DNA from: a virus
Strand: one strand, 5' to 3'
Length of the DNA: 64,000 nucleotides
Virus record (IMG/VR): IMGVR_UViG_3300036828_000363
Coordinates: 29,236-93,235 of that record
Part shown: positions 1 to 9,470 of the stretch, piece after piece
How the letters are laid out: every line of letters begins with the position of its first letter
Position numbering within the stretch: position 1 is the first letter of the stretch
Translations under genes and position numbers: made by a program
Notes under the pieces: generated by a model
The model's database searches: none
Told to the model about the DNA's origin: nothing
The model's input: only the letters and a program-made list of their open reading frames with translations

Positions 1-58
1 TTGTAGTTCGGAAAGACGTTGATGGTAGCAAGGTTCTTCGGGTAGCAGGGATGGCGAA

Positions 59-511
59 TTGATTCAACTATTTGCTATTCGATTGAAGGGGACGGAAGAT
101 TATCTACCTGCGCTTCCTGTCAGGCGTAAGCATGGTTATAGTTTCACCGTTCCTATGTCGATGAGTAAGAACATGCCACGATGGTTCACAGATCGTGAAT
201 CTGCGGAGCGTGCTTTGACTTCGTGGTTGCAGGGTGAACACGTGGTTCATAGAAAATTTGGTGTTAGCTATTTTGGTGATGATGAGTCTGAAGAGTACGC
301 AGTCAAAACCCGGAAACCAGAACGTAAGCGCGAGCTAATGGAGATAGTTGCGTTTGATCTAACTGAAGTTGAAGAGCGGGAACCTGTACCATGTTTGAAT
401 TGTGCTCAAAGGCAGGAAAATCACCGTGACGGGAAATATTGTTTCCCCGAGAATTTTTATTTTATGTATACTCCTGTGAACCATGAAATACATTCAAGAG
501 TTGGTCGATGA
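59..511 (+). CDS. Hypothetical phage protein
   Basis: 150-aa ORF overlapping the next gene; no recognisable family. Confidence 0.6.
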   Translation: MIQLFAIRLKGTEDYLPALPVRRKHGYSFTVPMSMSKNMPRWFTDRESAERALTSWLQGEHVVHRKFGVSYFGDDESEEYAVKTRKPERKRELMEIVAFDLTEVEEREPVPCLNCAQRQENHRDGKYCFPENFYFMYTPVNHEIHSRVGR

Positions 512-989
512 CAAGTCGGAAGCGATCTTTAGGTTTGAAGGGAAGTGGGACTTCCTATCAAATTTTTATATCGATCCTTTTGATGGCTATTGTGCCGAGA
601 TGGACTATCAGTCTCGCAAGGCCATGAACGAAGTTGATCGAGAAAGAATTCTCACTCAATTTGATCCGCGTGAGGCCAAGAAGATAGGTAACAAGATACG
701 TTGCAGGCCCGACTGGGAGTCGATAAGGGTTGATGAGATGGAGAAGGTCATCGACAGGAAGTTCTCTTCATTAGTCATGCAAAAGCTGTTACTGACGACT
801 TTAAATCGGATACTGATTGAGGGTAACTGGTGGCATGATGTCTTCTGGGGAATTTGTACCGGGAGTGGACGAACCAAAAAATGTCACGGTAAGCACGAAC
901 CATTTGGAAATAACCACTTGGGAATTGCTCTGATGAAAAAGCGAACATACTTAGAGCAGATACCCGATAGAGTTTGGTTGCTCAAATGA
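483..989 (+). CDS. NADAR/YbiA-family protein (ADP-ribose/N-glycosidase processing)
   Basis: FLSNFY, AKKIG...RPDWE, LIEGNWWHDVFWG, GNNHLGIALM motifs typical of NADAR. Confidence 0.9.
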   Translation: MKYIQELVDDKSEAIFRFEGKWDFLSNFYIDPFDGYCAEMDYQSRKAMNEVDRERILTQFDPREAKKIGNKIRCRPDWESIRVDEMEKVIDRKFSSLVMQKLLLTTLNRILIEGNWWHDVFWGICTGSGRTKKCHGKHEPFGNNHLGIALMKKRTYLEQIPDRVWLLK

Positions 990-1184
990 TGAGGACAGAG
1001 AGAGACTGCGTTTACTTATCTTCGGTTATGGCTGAACTGAATGAGACGCAAGCTTTTCTACTCTTGGGTTTGCTTTTAGGCACGTATACGAAACATCCCG
1101 ACGCTTTATTTTGGGATGTCATGATCGATTTTTCGAAGAATCATCTTCACGCTAACAGAATAATAAAACCATAGGAGATTAGTC

Positions 1185-1439
1185 ATGGCAACTTCTTCAC
1201 TGGAAATTGGTACTGGCTGGCTTCACGCGATGGATAAAACCGGGGATACCAAAGTCATGTGGGATCGTAGCAAACCGGATGAGGTCGCAACCGCTCGTGA
1301 GATGTATGACAAGCTCAGGAAAAAAGGTTACCGTGGTTATTCGGTGACCGGGAAAGATGGGGAGAAGGGAACCGTCTTGAATGAGTTTGACCCGAGCGCA
1401 GAACGTATCATCATGGCGCTTCCGGTAGTTGGGGGTTAG
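1185..1439 (+). CDS. Small protein ending in di-glycine (ubiquitin-like candidate)
   Basis: RBS AGGAG; 84 aa ending ...RIIMALPVVGG. Confidence 0.65.
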   Translation: MATSSLEIGTGWLHAMDKTGDTKVMWDRSKPDEVATAREMYDKLRKKGYRGYSVTGKDGEKGTVLNEFDPSAERIIMALPVVGG

Positions 1440-1441
1440 TC

Positions 1442-2077
1442 ATGACGATGACTATGAATGGCACAGGCGTGACTAACTGTGACGCTTGGTTTATGTGGAA
1501 TGACGTGTACGTCAATCAGACGGCTACTACTATTACCACGTATCCGAATAACCTTGTTTGGGCGAATTGGTACGCGAATTCCATTGGTACTGGTGATGAT
1601 CAACTTGCCATGCAGCAAAAAGCGAGGGAGCAAGAAGCGAGTTGGTACGGTACTGGTACTGGCTGTGTGACTTATTGCTGGAGAGTTTGGAATGCAGACT
1701 ACCAAGTTAAAACTGAGGTAATTACTCAGGAAGCAATTGAACTTGCTCGCCAACGTGCCGCGGAGCTAGAGAAGAAGAAAAAAGACGCTTTGGATAATGC
1801 TGAAGCTCTGCTTTTCCTTTGTCTCACCGCGACTCAAAAAGCACAGTACAAGGAACACGGCTACTTTGAAACGGTAGTCAATGATCGTATCTTTCGCATA
1901 ACCAAAGGTTGGGCAGGAAACGTCCATGAGTACAAGGACGGTAAGAAGATCAAAAGCTATTGTATTCATCCGATGGAAGATGTGCCATTGCAGGATAACA
2001 TGCTCACGCAAAAACTATTGCTTGAGACACAACTAGACGTGTTTTTGAGAACTGCGAACATGACTACATACAACTAA
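1442..2077 (+). CDS. Hypothetical protein with C-terminal C-x-H-P...D domain, paralog of 4415-5200
   Basis: YCIHPMEDVPLQDNML...FLRTAN aligns by eye with LCMHP...PSDDVL...FWKNSN. Confidence 0.7.
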   Translation: MTMTMNGTGVTNCDAWFMWNDVYVNQTATTITTYPNNLVWANWYANSIGTGDDQLAMQQKAREQEASWYGTGTGCVTYCWRVWNADYQVKTEVITQEAIELARQRAAELEKKKKDALDNAEALLFLCLTATQKAQYKEHGYFETVVNDRIFRITKGWAGNVHEYKDGKKIKSYCIHPMEDVPLQDNMLTQKLLLETQLDVFLRTANMTTYN

Positions 2078-2107
2078 TTTTTGGGGAGAATAGAATAGGA
2101 GAGAGCA

Positions 2108-2836
2108 GTGAGCATTAATAATATTGACGTGGAACCGGAGACAGACATGGAGCGGGAAGAGAGACTTAGTAGCGCAATTGTTATACATCCTGAGTATAAA
2201 TTGCGCGATGGTCTGCCACCGTTACCTGTCCGTATTCAGCGACTTCCTATAGACGAACGTGGTTACCCGGTGCCATGGTTCGTCTCATGGGTGAATGGGA
2301 AGCCAGAGTTTCGGGCGATGGACGGGAGAAAGCTAAAACGAGCGGTTGAAGAGTCCCGGTGCTGGGTGTGTGGTGATTTACTGGGAAAGTTCAAAACGTT
2401 CGTTATAGGGCCAATGTGTGCGATTAATCGCATATCCTCTGAGCCGTCATCTCACTTTGACTGCGCTGAATTTTCCACCAAAGCTTGCCCGTTTTTGACC
2501 AAACCTCAGATGGTTCGCAGAGAGAATGACCTGCCGGAAGGAATTAAAGACCCGGTTGGTGTTGGCGTAAGACGGAACCCCGGTGTCACCCTGCTGTGGA
2601 CTACCTATAGCTTTACTATTAAACGGGTAGACGGCGGAGTTCTTTTTGAGATTGGAGAACCTACTCGTGTTCTCTGTTACCGTGAAGGTCGCCTCGCGAC
2701 TAAACGTGAGATTGAGGAAAGCATCGTGTCCGGTTTACCACTTCTTGAGGACTACGCGGCTATCGATGGTGGTAACGCGATGATAGAACTTAAATCGAAG
2801 ACCAAAGACGCGTATAAACTTTTAGGGTTGACCTGA
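2108..2836 (+). CDS. Conserved phage hypothetical protein (Cys-containing)
   Basis: 242-aa ORF; GYPVPWFV, CWVCG, HFDCAEFS...CPFL motifs. Confidence 0.7.
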   Translation: MSINNIDVEPETDMEREERLSSAIVIHPEYKLRDGLPPLPVRIQRLPIDERGYPVPWFVSWVNGKPEFRAMDGRKLKRAVEESRCWVCGDLLGKFKTFVIGPMCAINRISSEPSSHFDCAEFSTKACPFLTKPQMVRRENDLPEGIKDPVGVGVRRNPGVTLLWTTYSFTIKRVDGGVLFEIGEPTRVLCYREGRLATKREIEESIVSGLPLLEDYAAIDGGNAMIELKSKTKDAYKLLGLT

Positions 2837-3270
2837 TGAAACCTGTGCGCACTACCATAACCAGACTACACGATATATCGTGTGGCCATCGGGTATTTGG
2901 TCATGAGGGTGCCTGCTCTCGCCTTCATGGACATAACTATCGTGTGAAGATGGTGTGCGCGTCATTGAATAACAAGTTAGACGATGTTGGCCGAGTGATT
3001 GATTTTTCCGAAATTAAAGATCGTCTTTGTAAGTGGTTGGATGACTGTTGGGATCATCGCTTTTTGGTATGGTGCGATGACCCGCTTGCTTTGAAGCTTC
3101 AGTCTCTTGATCACACGGTAGTTGTCGTTCCGTTTAACCCTACAGCAGAGAATTTGGCAATGCATCTTGTAAAGGTGGTCGCACCAGAAAGATTTGTCGG
3201 AACAGGAGTCGAGCTAGTCGCGTGTGAAGTTCAAGAGACGCGTAAGTGTTCGGCGTGGTACACGATATGA
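2836..3270 (+). CDS. queD: 6-carboxytetrahydropterin synthase (QueD/PTPS family)
   Basis: GHRV..HEGACSRLHGHNY, IDFSEIK, WDHRFL, NPTAENLA, VQET motifs. Confidence 0.93.
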   Translation: MKPVRTTITRLHDISCGHRVFGHEGACSRLHGHNYRVKMVCASLNNKLDDVGRVIDFSEIKDRLCKWLDDCWDHRFLVWCDDPLALKLQSLDHTVVVVPFNPTAENLAMHLVKVVAPERFVGTGVELVACEVQETRKCSAWYTI

Positions 3271-3455
3271 TGGACGAAAAAACTTTTAGGAAAATTCAGA
3301 CTCAGCTCGAAGTAGTTGAGGAAGAACTTGACCGTCTCACCGAATGGGAGCGGGAAGAATTCATCCCCAGTATTTCAGATCAGTTCACCCGGAACGGTAC
3401 GTTGACGGTGCCTCAGCAGGATAAGCTGCAACAGATATATGACAAGGTTGCTTGA
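3267..3455 (+). CDS. Small hypothetical protein
   Basis: LTEWEREEFI...LTVPQQDKLQQIY; ATGA overlap with queD. Confidence 0.6.
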   Translation: MMDEKTFRKIQTQLEVVEEELDRLTEWEREEFIPSISDQFTRNGTLTVPQQDKLQQIYDKVA

Positions 3456-3596
3456 TGGATTATCCTCAATATTGCCCGACTTGTGGCGGTGAGCATAACA
3501 ATCCAAAGTTCATGCCGGACTATGGTGCAATGGGGCAGGGATTCGGGGAAGTTCACGGTTCAACTTGTACAGACAAATTTCACGATAGGCGCGACA

Positions 3597-3857
3597 ATGA
3601 CTAAAGCAGAAGCGGAACGCCTTGTTCTTCTAGTTGAAGAAATGGGTGAGTCGATACAAGCTGCAAGTAAAATCCTGCGCCACGGGTATGAATCTAGTGG
3701 TTACGATAACCGTGGTGAGCTTGAAAAGGAACTTGGGCATGTACTTTTTTCAATCGGCCTATTGGATTTGAGCAATGACATTAATCTCGATAGGATAGTT
3801 AAGCATAAGAACGAAAAGGCAGATACTATCGCGCCTTATTTGCATCATCAAGGTTGA
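3597..3857 (+). CDS. MazG-like nucleotide pyrophosphohydrolase
   Basis: LVEEMGESIQAASKILRHG...LEKELGHV acidic helical motif; start re-chosen at ATG 3597. Confidence 0.7.
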   Translation: MTKAEAERLVLLVEEMGESIQAASKILRHGYESSGYDNRGELEKELGHVLFSIGLLDLSNDINLDRIVKHKNEKADTIAPYLHHQG

Positions 3858-3915
3858 GTCATGAAATTCGTGGAGTTCATGGATTTAATAGGGTTGTTCT
3901 TCCCGAGGAAACGCA

Positions 3916-4218
3916 ATGATATACGCGATGGAAGTGCTCAATAATTTTGACGGTGATAAAAGCATTCAACTCGATCCGGACACCGACGAAGGTAAACAGA
4001 AAATCGCGGAGTTATTTCATAGCCTGCTTCTACAGGGTACGGCTGTATTCTTTGAGCGTGGTAACGAAACGTACAAGGTCAAGGGATATGACCCGAAGGA
4101 ATACAAGTTGCGTATCGAAGTTCCCGCGAAGCGCGGACGGAAGAGAAAAGTTGTAGCGGTTCATCCTCAACAACAAAGAGACAGAGTTACCGCAGTTGCT
4201 CCGCGCTCAGGTGGATAG
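3916..4218 (+). CDS. Small protein ending in di-glycine (second ubiquitin-like candidate)
   Basis: 100 aa ending ...RVTAVAPRSGG. Confidence 0.6.
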   Translation: MIYAMEVLNNFDGDKSIQLDPDTDEGKQKIAELFHSLLLQGTAVFFERGNETYKVKGYDPKEYKLRIEVPAKRGRKRKVVAVHPQQQRDRVTAVAPRSGG

Positions 4219-4229
4219 GAAGGTCAATT

Positions 4230-4412
4230 ATGGATGTAGATACATCTAACGCTCAGTTAGTGGGTGTGAATGCCGGGGACATTGTCATTCTAGTACCAAA
4301 GCGAAGAATGACGAAGGATGAAGCTATAGCTCACGCAGCTTGGTTGATCGCCTTAGCTGATCCACATAAAGAAAAGTTTGATGACGTTCTTCAAGCGATA
4401 TTGAATTCGTAG
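4230..4412 (+). CDS. Small hypothetical protein
   Basis: 60-aa ORF with RBS (AGGAAGG). Confidence 0.6.
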   Translation: MDVDTSNAQLVGVNAGDIVILVPKRRMTKDEAIAHAAWLIALADPHKEKFDDVLQAILNS

Positions 4413-4414
4413 TT

Positions 4415-5200
4415 ATGACAAACGGACATCCAATTCATGAACCGATACCACCTCACAAAGAGATAACCCATGAGCAACTATGTCGGGGATTATCCAGATG
4501 GGCGGAATCTCAGGGATGGCCTTTCGGTTGTCCGATACCATCCATTGGCGCAGTTAAATGTCGTCTAGTCATAGCTAAACGTGCTCCGTTCGGTGACCGT
4601 GAAGTTCCTATTCTTTCCATGCCAGAACTACTTGGTGAGATTCCTATCCGGGAGATAAAAGAAGAAGCAGACAGGAAAGCTAATCCGAATTTGAAATTAA
4701 TAAATTCGTGGTATCAAACCAATGGTATACTTGTCGGGATCATTCAAGATGACGATGGAAAAAGGTTCGCCTGTCAACTAAGTCATCCTATTTTGGAGCG
4801 ACTACCTAGATTAATTGAAACCGCAGCTTGTAGGTATGGTGCGGTAACAGCCCGAGCAGAAGCAAGAGCAATGATGAATCTAGCTGATCGTTTGTCCGAA
4901 GTACAAGCAGACAGTTACGTTCTCAATGGTTCTTTTGTTGAAACTAGCAAAAGAAGTAAAGTCAAATACATTTTTCGTAAAGGTTATCCTACTATTGCGA
5001 TGGTGCAAAAGGGTGAGCTTATGCAGTTTCTAGCCGCGCTTTGTATGCACCCTTTAGCTTACTACGAAAACACTCATTGTGGCGCGATGACACCGTCAGA
5101 TGACGTACTCGCTCACTTGTTGTTCATGAGAGCGGACGAACATGGATTTTGGAAAAACAGTAACCAGCATCCACTTTGGGATACCCGGAGCGGGATATAA
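4415..5200 (+). CDS. Hypothetical protein with C-x-H-P...D domain, paralog of 1442-2077
   Basis: C-terminal ~100 aa align by eye with the C-terminus of 1442-2077. Confidence 0.7.
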   Translation: MTNGHPIHEPIPPHKEITHEQLCRGLSRWAESQGWPFGCPIPSIGAVKCRLVIAKRAPFGDREVPILSMPELLGEIPIREIKEEADRKANPNLKLINSWYQTNGILVGIIQDDDGKRFACQLSHPILERLPRLIETAACRYGAVTARAEARAMMNLADRLSEVQADSYVLNGSFVETSKRSKVKYIFRKGYPTIAMVQKGELMQFLAALCMHPLAYYENTHCGAMTPSDDVLAHLLFMRADEHGFWKNSNQHPLWDTRSGI

Positions 5201-5208
5201 GAGGGAAC

Positions 5209-5916
5209 ATGGACATCTACCCGGTAGCTGAGTGCTTCGATAGTCTGCAAGGTGAAGGTGTTTACGCCGGACAAAGGCAATTCTTCATCAGGTTGGCGGG
5301 TTGTTCGGTTGGGAAACCGTTTCCGAAAGAACGGTACAGTGTAAATAGCGAAGGTTCTAAAGCACTCCCGATATACACGGAGCAGTGTACAACTTGGGAT
5401 GGTAGAAAATTCGAGTGCGATACTGACTATCGCGTGAAGCAACATTTGAGTGTGGAAGAGTTGGTTGCACTGGTGCCTGAGGATTGTTACAACGTTTGTC
5501 TGACTGGTGGGGAACCGTTCATTCACGATTTGGTTCCGTTGGTCTACGCGCTTTGGATGAAGCAAATAAAAACCCACATTGAAACATCGGGAACCCGTCA
5601 TCTGAATGATGCATTTCCCAGTAGTAACAATGACCACGTTGAAAGAGACGTGTGGATTACCGTTAGTCCTAAGCTAAACGTTCTCGATGGAATGTTGAGA
5701 CGAGCGGATGAAATCAAGTTGCTGGTGGACGTGAACTTCCCAGTGAAGAATGATCTTCTGAAAAAACTTGCTAACAAGAAGAATGTATTCTTGCAGCCGA
5801 TAAACCATGAGAACACCGTGGACTCGCGCAACCTGAAAGTTTGCCACGAGCTTTTGAAAAATTATCCTGACTGGAAACTATCCATTCAGTTGCACAAGGT
5901 GATGGGAATTCGATGA
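5209..5916 (+). CDS. queE: 7-carboxy-7-deazaguanine synthase (QueE-like radical SAM)
   Basis: ECFDSLQGEG, FIRLAGC, CDTD, VCLTGGEP, IETSG, ITVSPK, FLQP, WKLSIQLHK. Confidence 0.92.
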   Translation: MDIYPVAECFDSLQGEGVYAGQRQFFIRLAGCSVGKPFPKERYSVNSEGSKALPIYTEQCTTWDGRKFECDTDYRVKQHLSVEELVALVPEDCYNVCLTGGEPFIHDLVPLVYALWMKQIKTHIETSGTRHLNDAFPSSNNDHVERDVWITVSPKLNVLDGMLRRADEIKLLVDVNFPVKNDLLKKLANKKNVFLQPINHENTVDSRNLKVCHELLKNYPDWKLSIQLHKVMGIR

Positions 5917-6026
5917 CTAATTAAGCGGTAGAAAGGTTTGGGTGCCTTATCATAAGCGTTGGAGCTTTAGAGGAAGGTGTACTGACTCTACTGGTTCATT
6001 CCAAAGAAAATGCCTCTCTAATAGCG

Positions 6027-7331
6027 ATGAAAGTAGAGCCCGCTCTATTTACTAACCGTGTAAACCAACTCATAGCGAAAACAGCGTTAGCCTACCTAAA
6101 AGAATACCGTGAGCCACCCGGTAATCAAATGGAGTATCTTCTCGAAATGGAGTTGATACGAGGCGACGATGGTAAACTTCTCCGTCAAACTTTAGAGATA
6201 CTAGACAAGCAAAAAGATCAAATTCAACCCGCATTCATACTTAATCAGCTTACCCGTTTTGTCGAAATCCAGTCACTCTCATCTTCCCTGCAAAGTGCAA
6301 TAGAATCGTTAGGCAGGGGAGAACTAGAAGACGCAAGAAAAGCAATCTATAGCTCGGCAGTTCCAGAAGTTGAATCATCCGGTATATGGCTACATGACCC
6401 GAAGAAAATGCTTTCGTGGTTGGATGATGAACAAGAAGAGTTTTTCTCATCCGGGATTGGAGTACTTGATAGAGCGAAGGTGACACCAGCCCGGAAGACT
6501 TTAGTCTTCATGATCGCCGCGGCGAAGAAGGGAAAAACTTGGTGGCTGGTTCAGGTTGGAAAAAGCAATTTATTGTATCGGCACACCGTCCTGCATATCA
6601 CTCTTGAAGTCAGTGAAAAAGTAGTTGCTAGACGGTATGTTCAATCGATGTTTTCGCTCACAAAGAGTCAGGCGCGAGAAATCAAGGTTCCGTATTTCCA
6701 GAAGACAGAAACCGGAACCGCGATAGACTTTCAGACCTTCCAACGGGAAGGTGTTCCCAGTAGACGCAAAGAGGTCTCAGAACGTCTCGCGTCGATGAAA
6801 GGTCGTTACCCCCGTCTACTCATCAAGGAATTCCCTACAGGGGCGTTAACGACTGAGCAATTGGATATGTACCTTGATCAGTTGGACAAGACAGAAAACT
6901 TCAGGCCAGACGTAATAATTCTTGATTATCCGGACTTGATGAAAATTGATTCTGCTCAAATGAGAATCGATACCGGGAGACAGTTTCGTGATCTTCGCGG
7001 AATAGCAGTGAAGAGAAATTCTGCAATGGTCGCGGTCACTCAGGGAAACCGGGAAGCGGATACAGCGAAGGTAGTCGATAAGAGGAACGTTGCTGAAGAC
7101 TGGAGCAAGATTGGTACGGCTGACGCGGTCTACACGTATAGTCAGACGGAAGCGGAAAAAGCATTAGGACTCGCCCGGTTCTTTGTCGCAGCAGGCCGAG
7201 ATGAGGTGGACAGGTTCATGGTGCTTATATCCCAGTCTTACGACATAGGACAATTTTGCATCGATTCAATTATGATGTCCGCTGACATTCGTCAGCAGTT
7301 GGAAGGTGGAGCACCCAAAGAAGTTGAGTGA
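6027..7331 (+). CDS. dnaB: Replicative helicase, DnaB/T4 gp41-like
   Basis: Walker A variant AAAKKGKTW, HITLEVSE, IKEFPTG, IILDYPDLM, VTQGNR; reading frame stays open upstream to about 5950. Confidence 0.88.
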   Translation: MKVEPALFTNRVNQLIAKTALAYLKEYREPPGNQMEYLLEMELIRGDDGKLLRQTLEILDKQKDQIQPAFILNQLTRFVEIQSLSSSLQSAIESLGRGELEDARKAIYSSAVPEVESSGIWLHDPKKMLSWLDDEQEEFFSSGIGVLDRAKVTPARKTLVFMIAAAKKGKTWWLVQVGKSNLLYRHTVLHITLEVSEKVVARRYVQSMFSLTKSQAREIKVPYFQKTETGTAIDFQTFQREGVPSRRKEVSERLASMKGRYPRLLIKEFPTGALTTEQLDMYLDQLDKTENFRPDVIILDYPDLMKIDSAQMRIDTGRQFRDLRGIAVKRNSAMVAVTQGNREADTAKVVDKRNVAEDWSKIGTADAVYTYSQTEAEKALGLARFFVAAGRDEVDRFMVLISQSYDIGQFCIDSIMMSADIRQQLEGGAPKEVE

Positions 7332-7537
7332 CGTTTGCCGGCGTCACGTTTGTCAGCGTCAGCGATCGCTCGTTCCAATCCGTTAGCTACGTTGTGATAT
7401 GTCGCGCAGCGGACGGAATGAGTGATACCTGTTTTGTAGACTTCATACCAGTTGGGTGCTCTTTGCAGCACCCAGTGTGTGGCATTTTCGTAAGCGATTT
7501 GGGATTCGTTATACATTAATTTCTCCGTGGTGACCAC
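7292..7537 (-). CDS. Hypothetical protein
   Basis: Follows 7541-8398 on the minus strand. Confidence 0.5.
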   Translation of the reverse strand: MVTTEKLMYNESQIAYENATHWVLQRAPNWYEVYKTGITHSVRCATYHNVANGLERAIADADKRDAGKRHSTSLGAPPSNC

Positions 7538-7540
7538 CCT

Positions 7541-8398
7541 TTACAGGGTGACCACCTTTGAGGGCCGTTTGAAGAATCCGAATTTCGAATCGTCTTTTGA
7601 AGGTTCCACGGTTGCCATGAAGGAAAGTCTTGCACCTTTGTCAACGTTTGAACCCGAAGGGCGAGTTCCCCAGACTTTGAAACCGGAGTCATCTACCACG
7701 AGCATCTTAGTACAAGGCCCGTAGAACCCGTCCTGAACCTTCACAGTGAGCACCGTTCCGGTGATGGTCACCTTACCAGTCGGAACCGGGGCCGCGGCGT
7801 CAGTTGCGGCTTTCTGAGCGGCTTCACGTTCTGCCCGAGTGTCGATTTTTTCCAGAAGCACTTTCAGGAAGTTTGTGGCCTTAGGTGAGATTGAACCGTA
7901 TTTCACCAGTTTGCCGACGATATCCGCGATGGTTCTTTCCTCATACTGGTATCCACCACGGTCACTGGCGTTGTAGATGTCGTAGCAACTGAGCAACCCG
8001 GATTCCTCAAGAGTCGCCTGCGCTTTTTTCTTGCCAGTCATGAATTCGATACCGTTGCGAACCCCAGTCCGGAAAAGATTCATGTTCCCGATGGACAAGT
8101 CCATTTTCTCCGCACAGTCGGAACCCGTCACGATATAGGTGTTTGTTTTCTCGTGGTAGAATTTGCAGGTATAGGTGACGTTGACACAACCACAAACGTG
8201 ACAGACTCCACCGTGTTCATGCTGACTGTATTTTCCACCCGTCATTTTCATATGTTCTTGAAACCGGGCACGTTCAGATGACACCGTCATAATCGCGCCT
8301 AGGTCACTTGAACCCAGATAATCGAATGACACAAACGTGTAATCTTCAGGAGTGATCGCTGATGGGCGGTGGATATCGGTTCTAAGTAAGTTCGTCAT
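7541..8398 (-). CDS. Early phage protein with Zn-binding Cys motifs and OB-fold-like C-terminus
   Basis: CHVCG...GSDCA; VTITGTVLTVKVQDGFYG...FKRPS; own promoter. Confidence 0.7.
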   Translation of the reverse strand: MTNLLRTDIHRPSAITPEDYTFVSFDYLGSSDLGAIMTVSSERARFQEHMKMTGGKYSQHEHGGVCHVCGCVNVTYTCKFYHEKTNTYIVTGSDCAEKMDLSIGNMNLFRTGVRNGIEFMTGKKKAQATLEESGLLSCYDIYNASDRGGYQYEERTIADIVGKLVKYGSISPKATNFLKVLLEKIDTRAEREAAQKAATDAAAPVPTGKVTITGTVLTVKVQDGFYGPCTKMLVVDDSGFKVWGTRPSGSNVDKGARLSFMATVEPSKDDSKFGFFKRPSKVVTL

Positions 8399-8404
8399 GA
8401 GTTA

Positions 8405-8433
8405 ATAATATCAATAGTGCTCATTCAAGTCAA
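8405..8433 (-). promoter_or_regulatory. Sigma70-like promoter, leaderless transcript
   Basis: TTGACT-17-TATTAT, about 6 nt before ATG of 7541-8398. Confidence 0.7.
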
Positions 8434-8445
8434 GGAAATTATATA

Positions 8446-8505
8446 AAAAAAGGAGCGGAAACCCCGGATGGTTCCGCTCCTGCCCGGTTTCCCGAGTCTT
8501 TAAAC
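8446..8505 (-). terminator. Rho-independent terminator, repeat copy 1
   Basis: Minus strand TTTAAAGACTCGGGAAACCG...GGAGCGGAA/TTCCGCTCC stem followed by poly-T. Confidence 0.8.
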
Positions 8506-8506
8506 T

Positions 8507-8944
8507 TTACGCGCTCTTTTCCAGTTGAGCAATCCGCGCCTTCAGTTCGTCATATGTGGGCGTCCGATTGGTATGGACGAACCCTTTGTCCCATTTCCCG
8601 ATGTGCATGTGGGCGTAGAAACCAACGTGGAAGTGATCAGTCTGGATATCGCTCTTGTCAAAGTTCCCGGTATTCAGGGCGTCTTTGATCTTCAGCAGCG
8701 TTTTCAGAACTTCGCCCTGATACTGATTTTCGAGGTAATACTCGTTGAGCTGGATGTAATTGCGGTCACCCTTCCATTGTTCCGCTTGCGCGTGAAGTCC
8801 GATGAGGTCAACCGGGGCCGACATGATGGCGATGGTGATTGAAGAGTGATGTTGCACCGTCAGAGAGTACTTCCAATCTTTCGGAACAACCTTGTCCAGT
8901 TCCGCCTTGATGATCGCCTTTTTTTCTTGATTCATGAATGCCAT
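8507..8944 (-). CDS. LPD29-like (large polyvalent protein-associated domain) early protein
   Basis: NFDKSDIQTDHFHVGFY motif; HHSSITIAI. Confidence 0.7.
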   Translation of the reverse strand: MAFMNQEKKAIIKAELDKVVPKDWKYSLTVQHHSSITIAIMSAPVDLIGLHAQAEQWKGDRNYIQLNEYYLENQYQGEVLKTLLKIKDALNTGNFDKSDIQTDHFHVGFYAHMHIGKWDKGFVHTNRTPTYDELKARIAQLEKSA

Positions 8945-8967
8945 TTTGTGTTCCCCCTATGTCACTT

Positions 8968-8995
8968 ATTATATATAACCCGGTGCCGATGTCAA
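8968..8995 (-). promoter_or_regulatory. Sigma70-like promoter
   Basis: TTGACA-16-TATAAT, followed by RBS AGGGGGA. Confidence 0.8.
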
Positions 8996-9001
8996 GAGTT
9001 A

Positions 9002-9250
9002 TTAGGCGGCTTTTAAAACTCCGCCTTTGGATATGATAACCGCCTTGATGGATTCCAGTTCGGCCAGCAGTTCTGGGGTTTCACCGTGGTCGGACATTTC
9101 GTTTTCTATTCCGCACATGTCGTAACACTCGGCACAAAGACCAACGTTTTCGTTGTCGCCACGTCCGGTGGAGCGCGTCATGCGTTTGCAAACGCCACAG
9201 GGATAACAACCGCTTCTCTTTTCAAAACCGCTTCTTTTTGTCGTCTTCAT
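9002..9250 (-). CDS. Small Cys-rich (Zn-finger-like) early protein
   Basis: CYPCGVC...CAECYDMC; own promoter TTGACA-16-TATACT (9258-9285). Confidence 0.7.
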   Translation of the reverse strand: MKTTKRSGFEKRSGCYPCGVCKRMTRSTGRGDNENVGLCAECYDMCGIENEMSDHGETPELLAELESIKAVIISKGGVLKAA

Positions 9251-9299
9251 GTTAATAAGTATATATAATCTGGAGACAATGTCAAGAGTTATTTGAGCA

Positions 9300-9470
9300 C
9301 TATTTAGCGGGATACCAGAACAAGTCGAACCAGTCGGTCACATCGTCCCAAGCGAACCCGGAGAAGTCTTTACCGGACAGGAGCGCTTGTTCTTTCCACT
9401 GTTGCATGTCCAGTGTATGCAGTTTGACGAAGTTAGCGATTTTGAAGTTCGATGGTGGTGGGTTTTCCAT
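9300..9470 (-). CDS. Small hypothetical protein (56 aa, below ORF-track cutoff)
   Basis: MENPPPSNFK...WYPAK; TAATG overlap with 9470-9667. Confidence 0.55.
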   Translation of the reverse strand: MENPPPSNFKIANFVKLHTLDMQQWKEQALLSGKDFSGFAWDDVTDWFDLFWYPAK

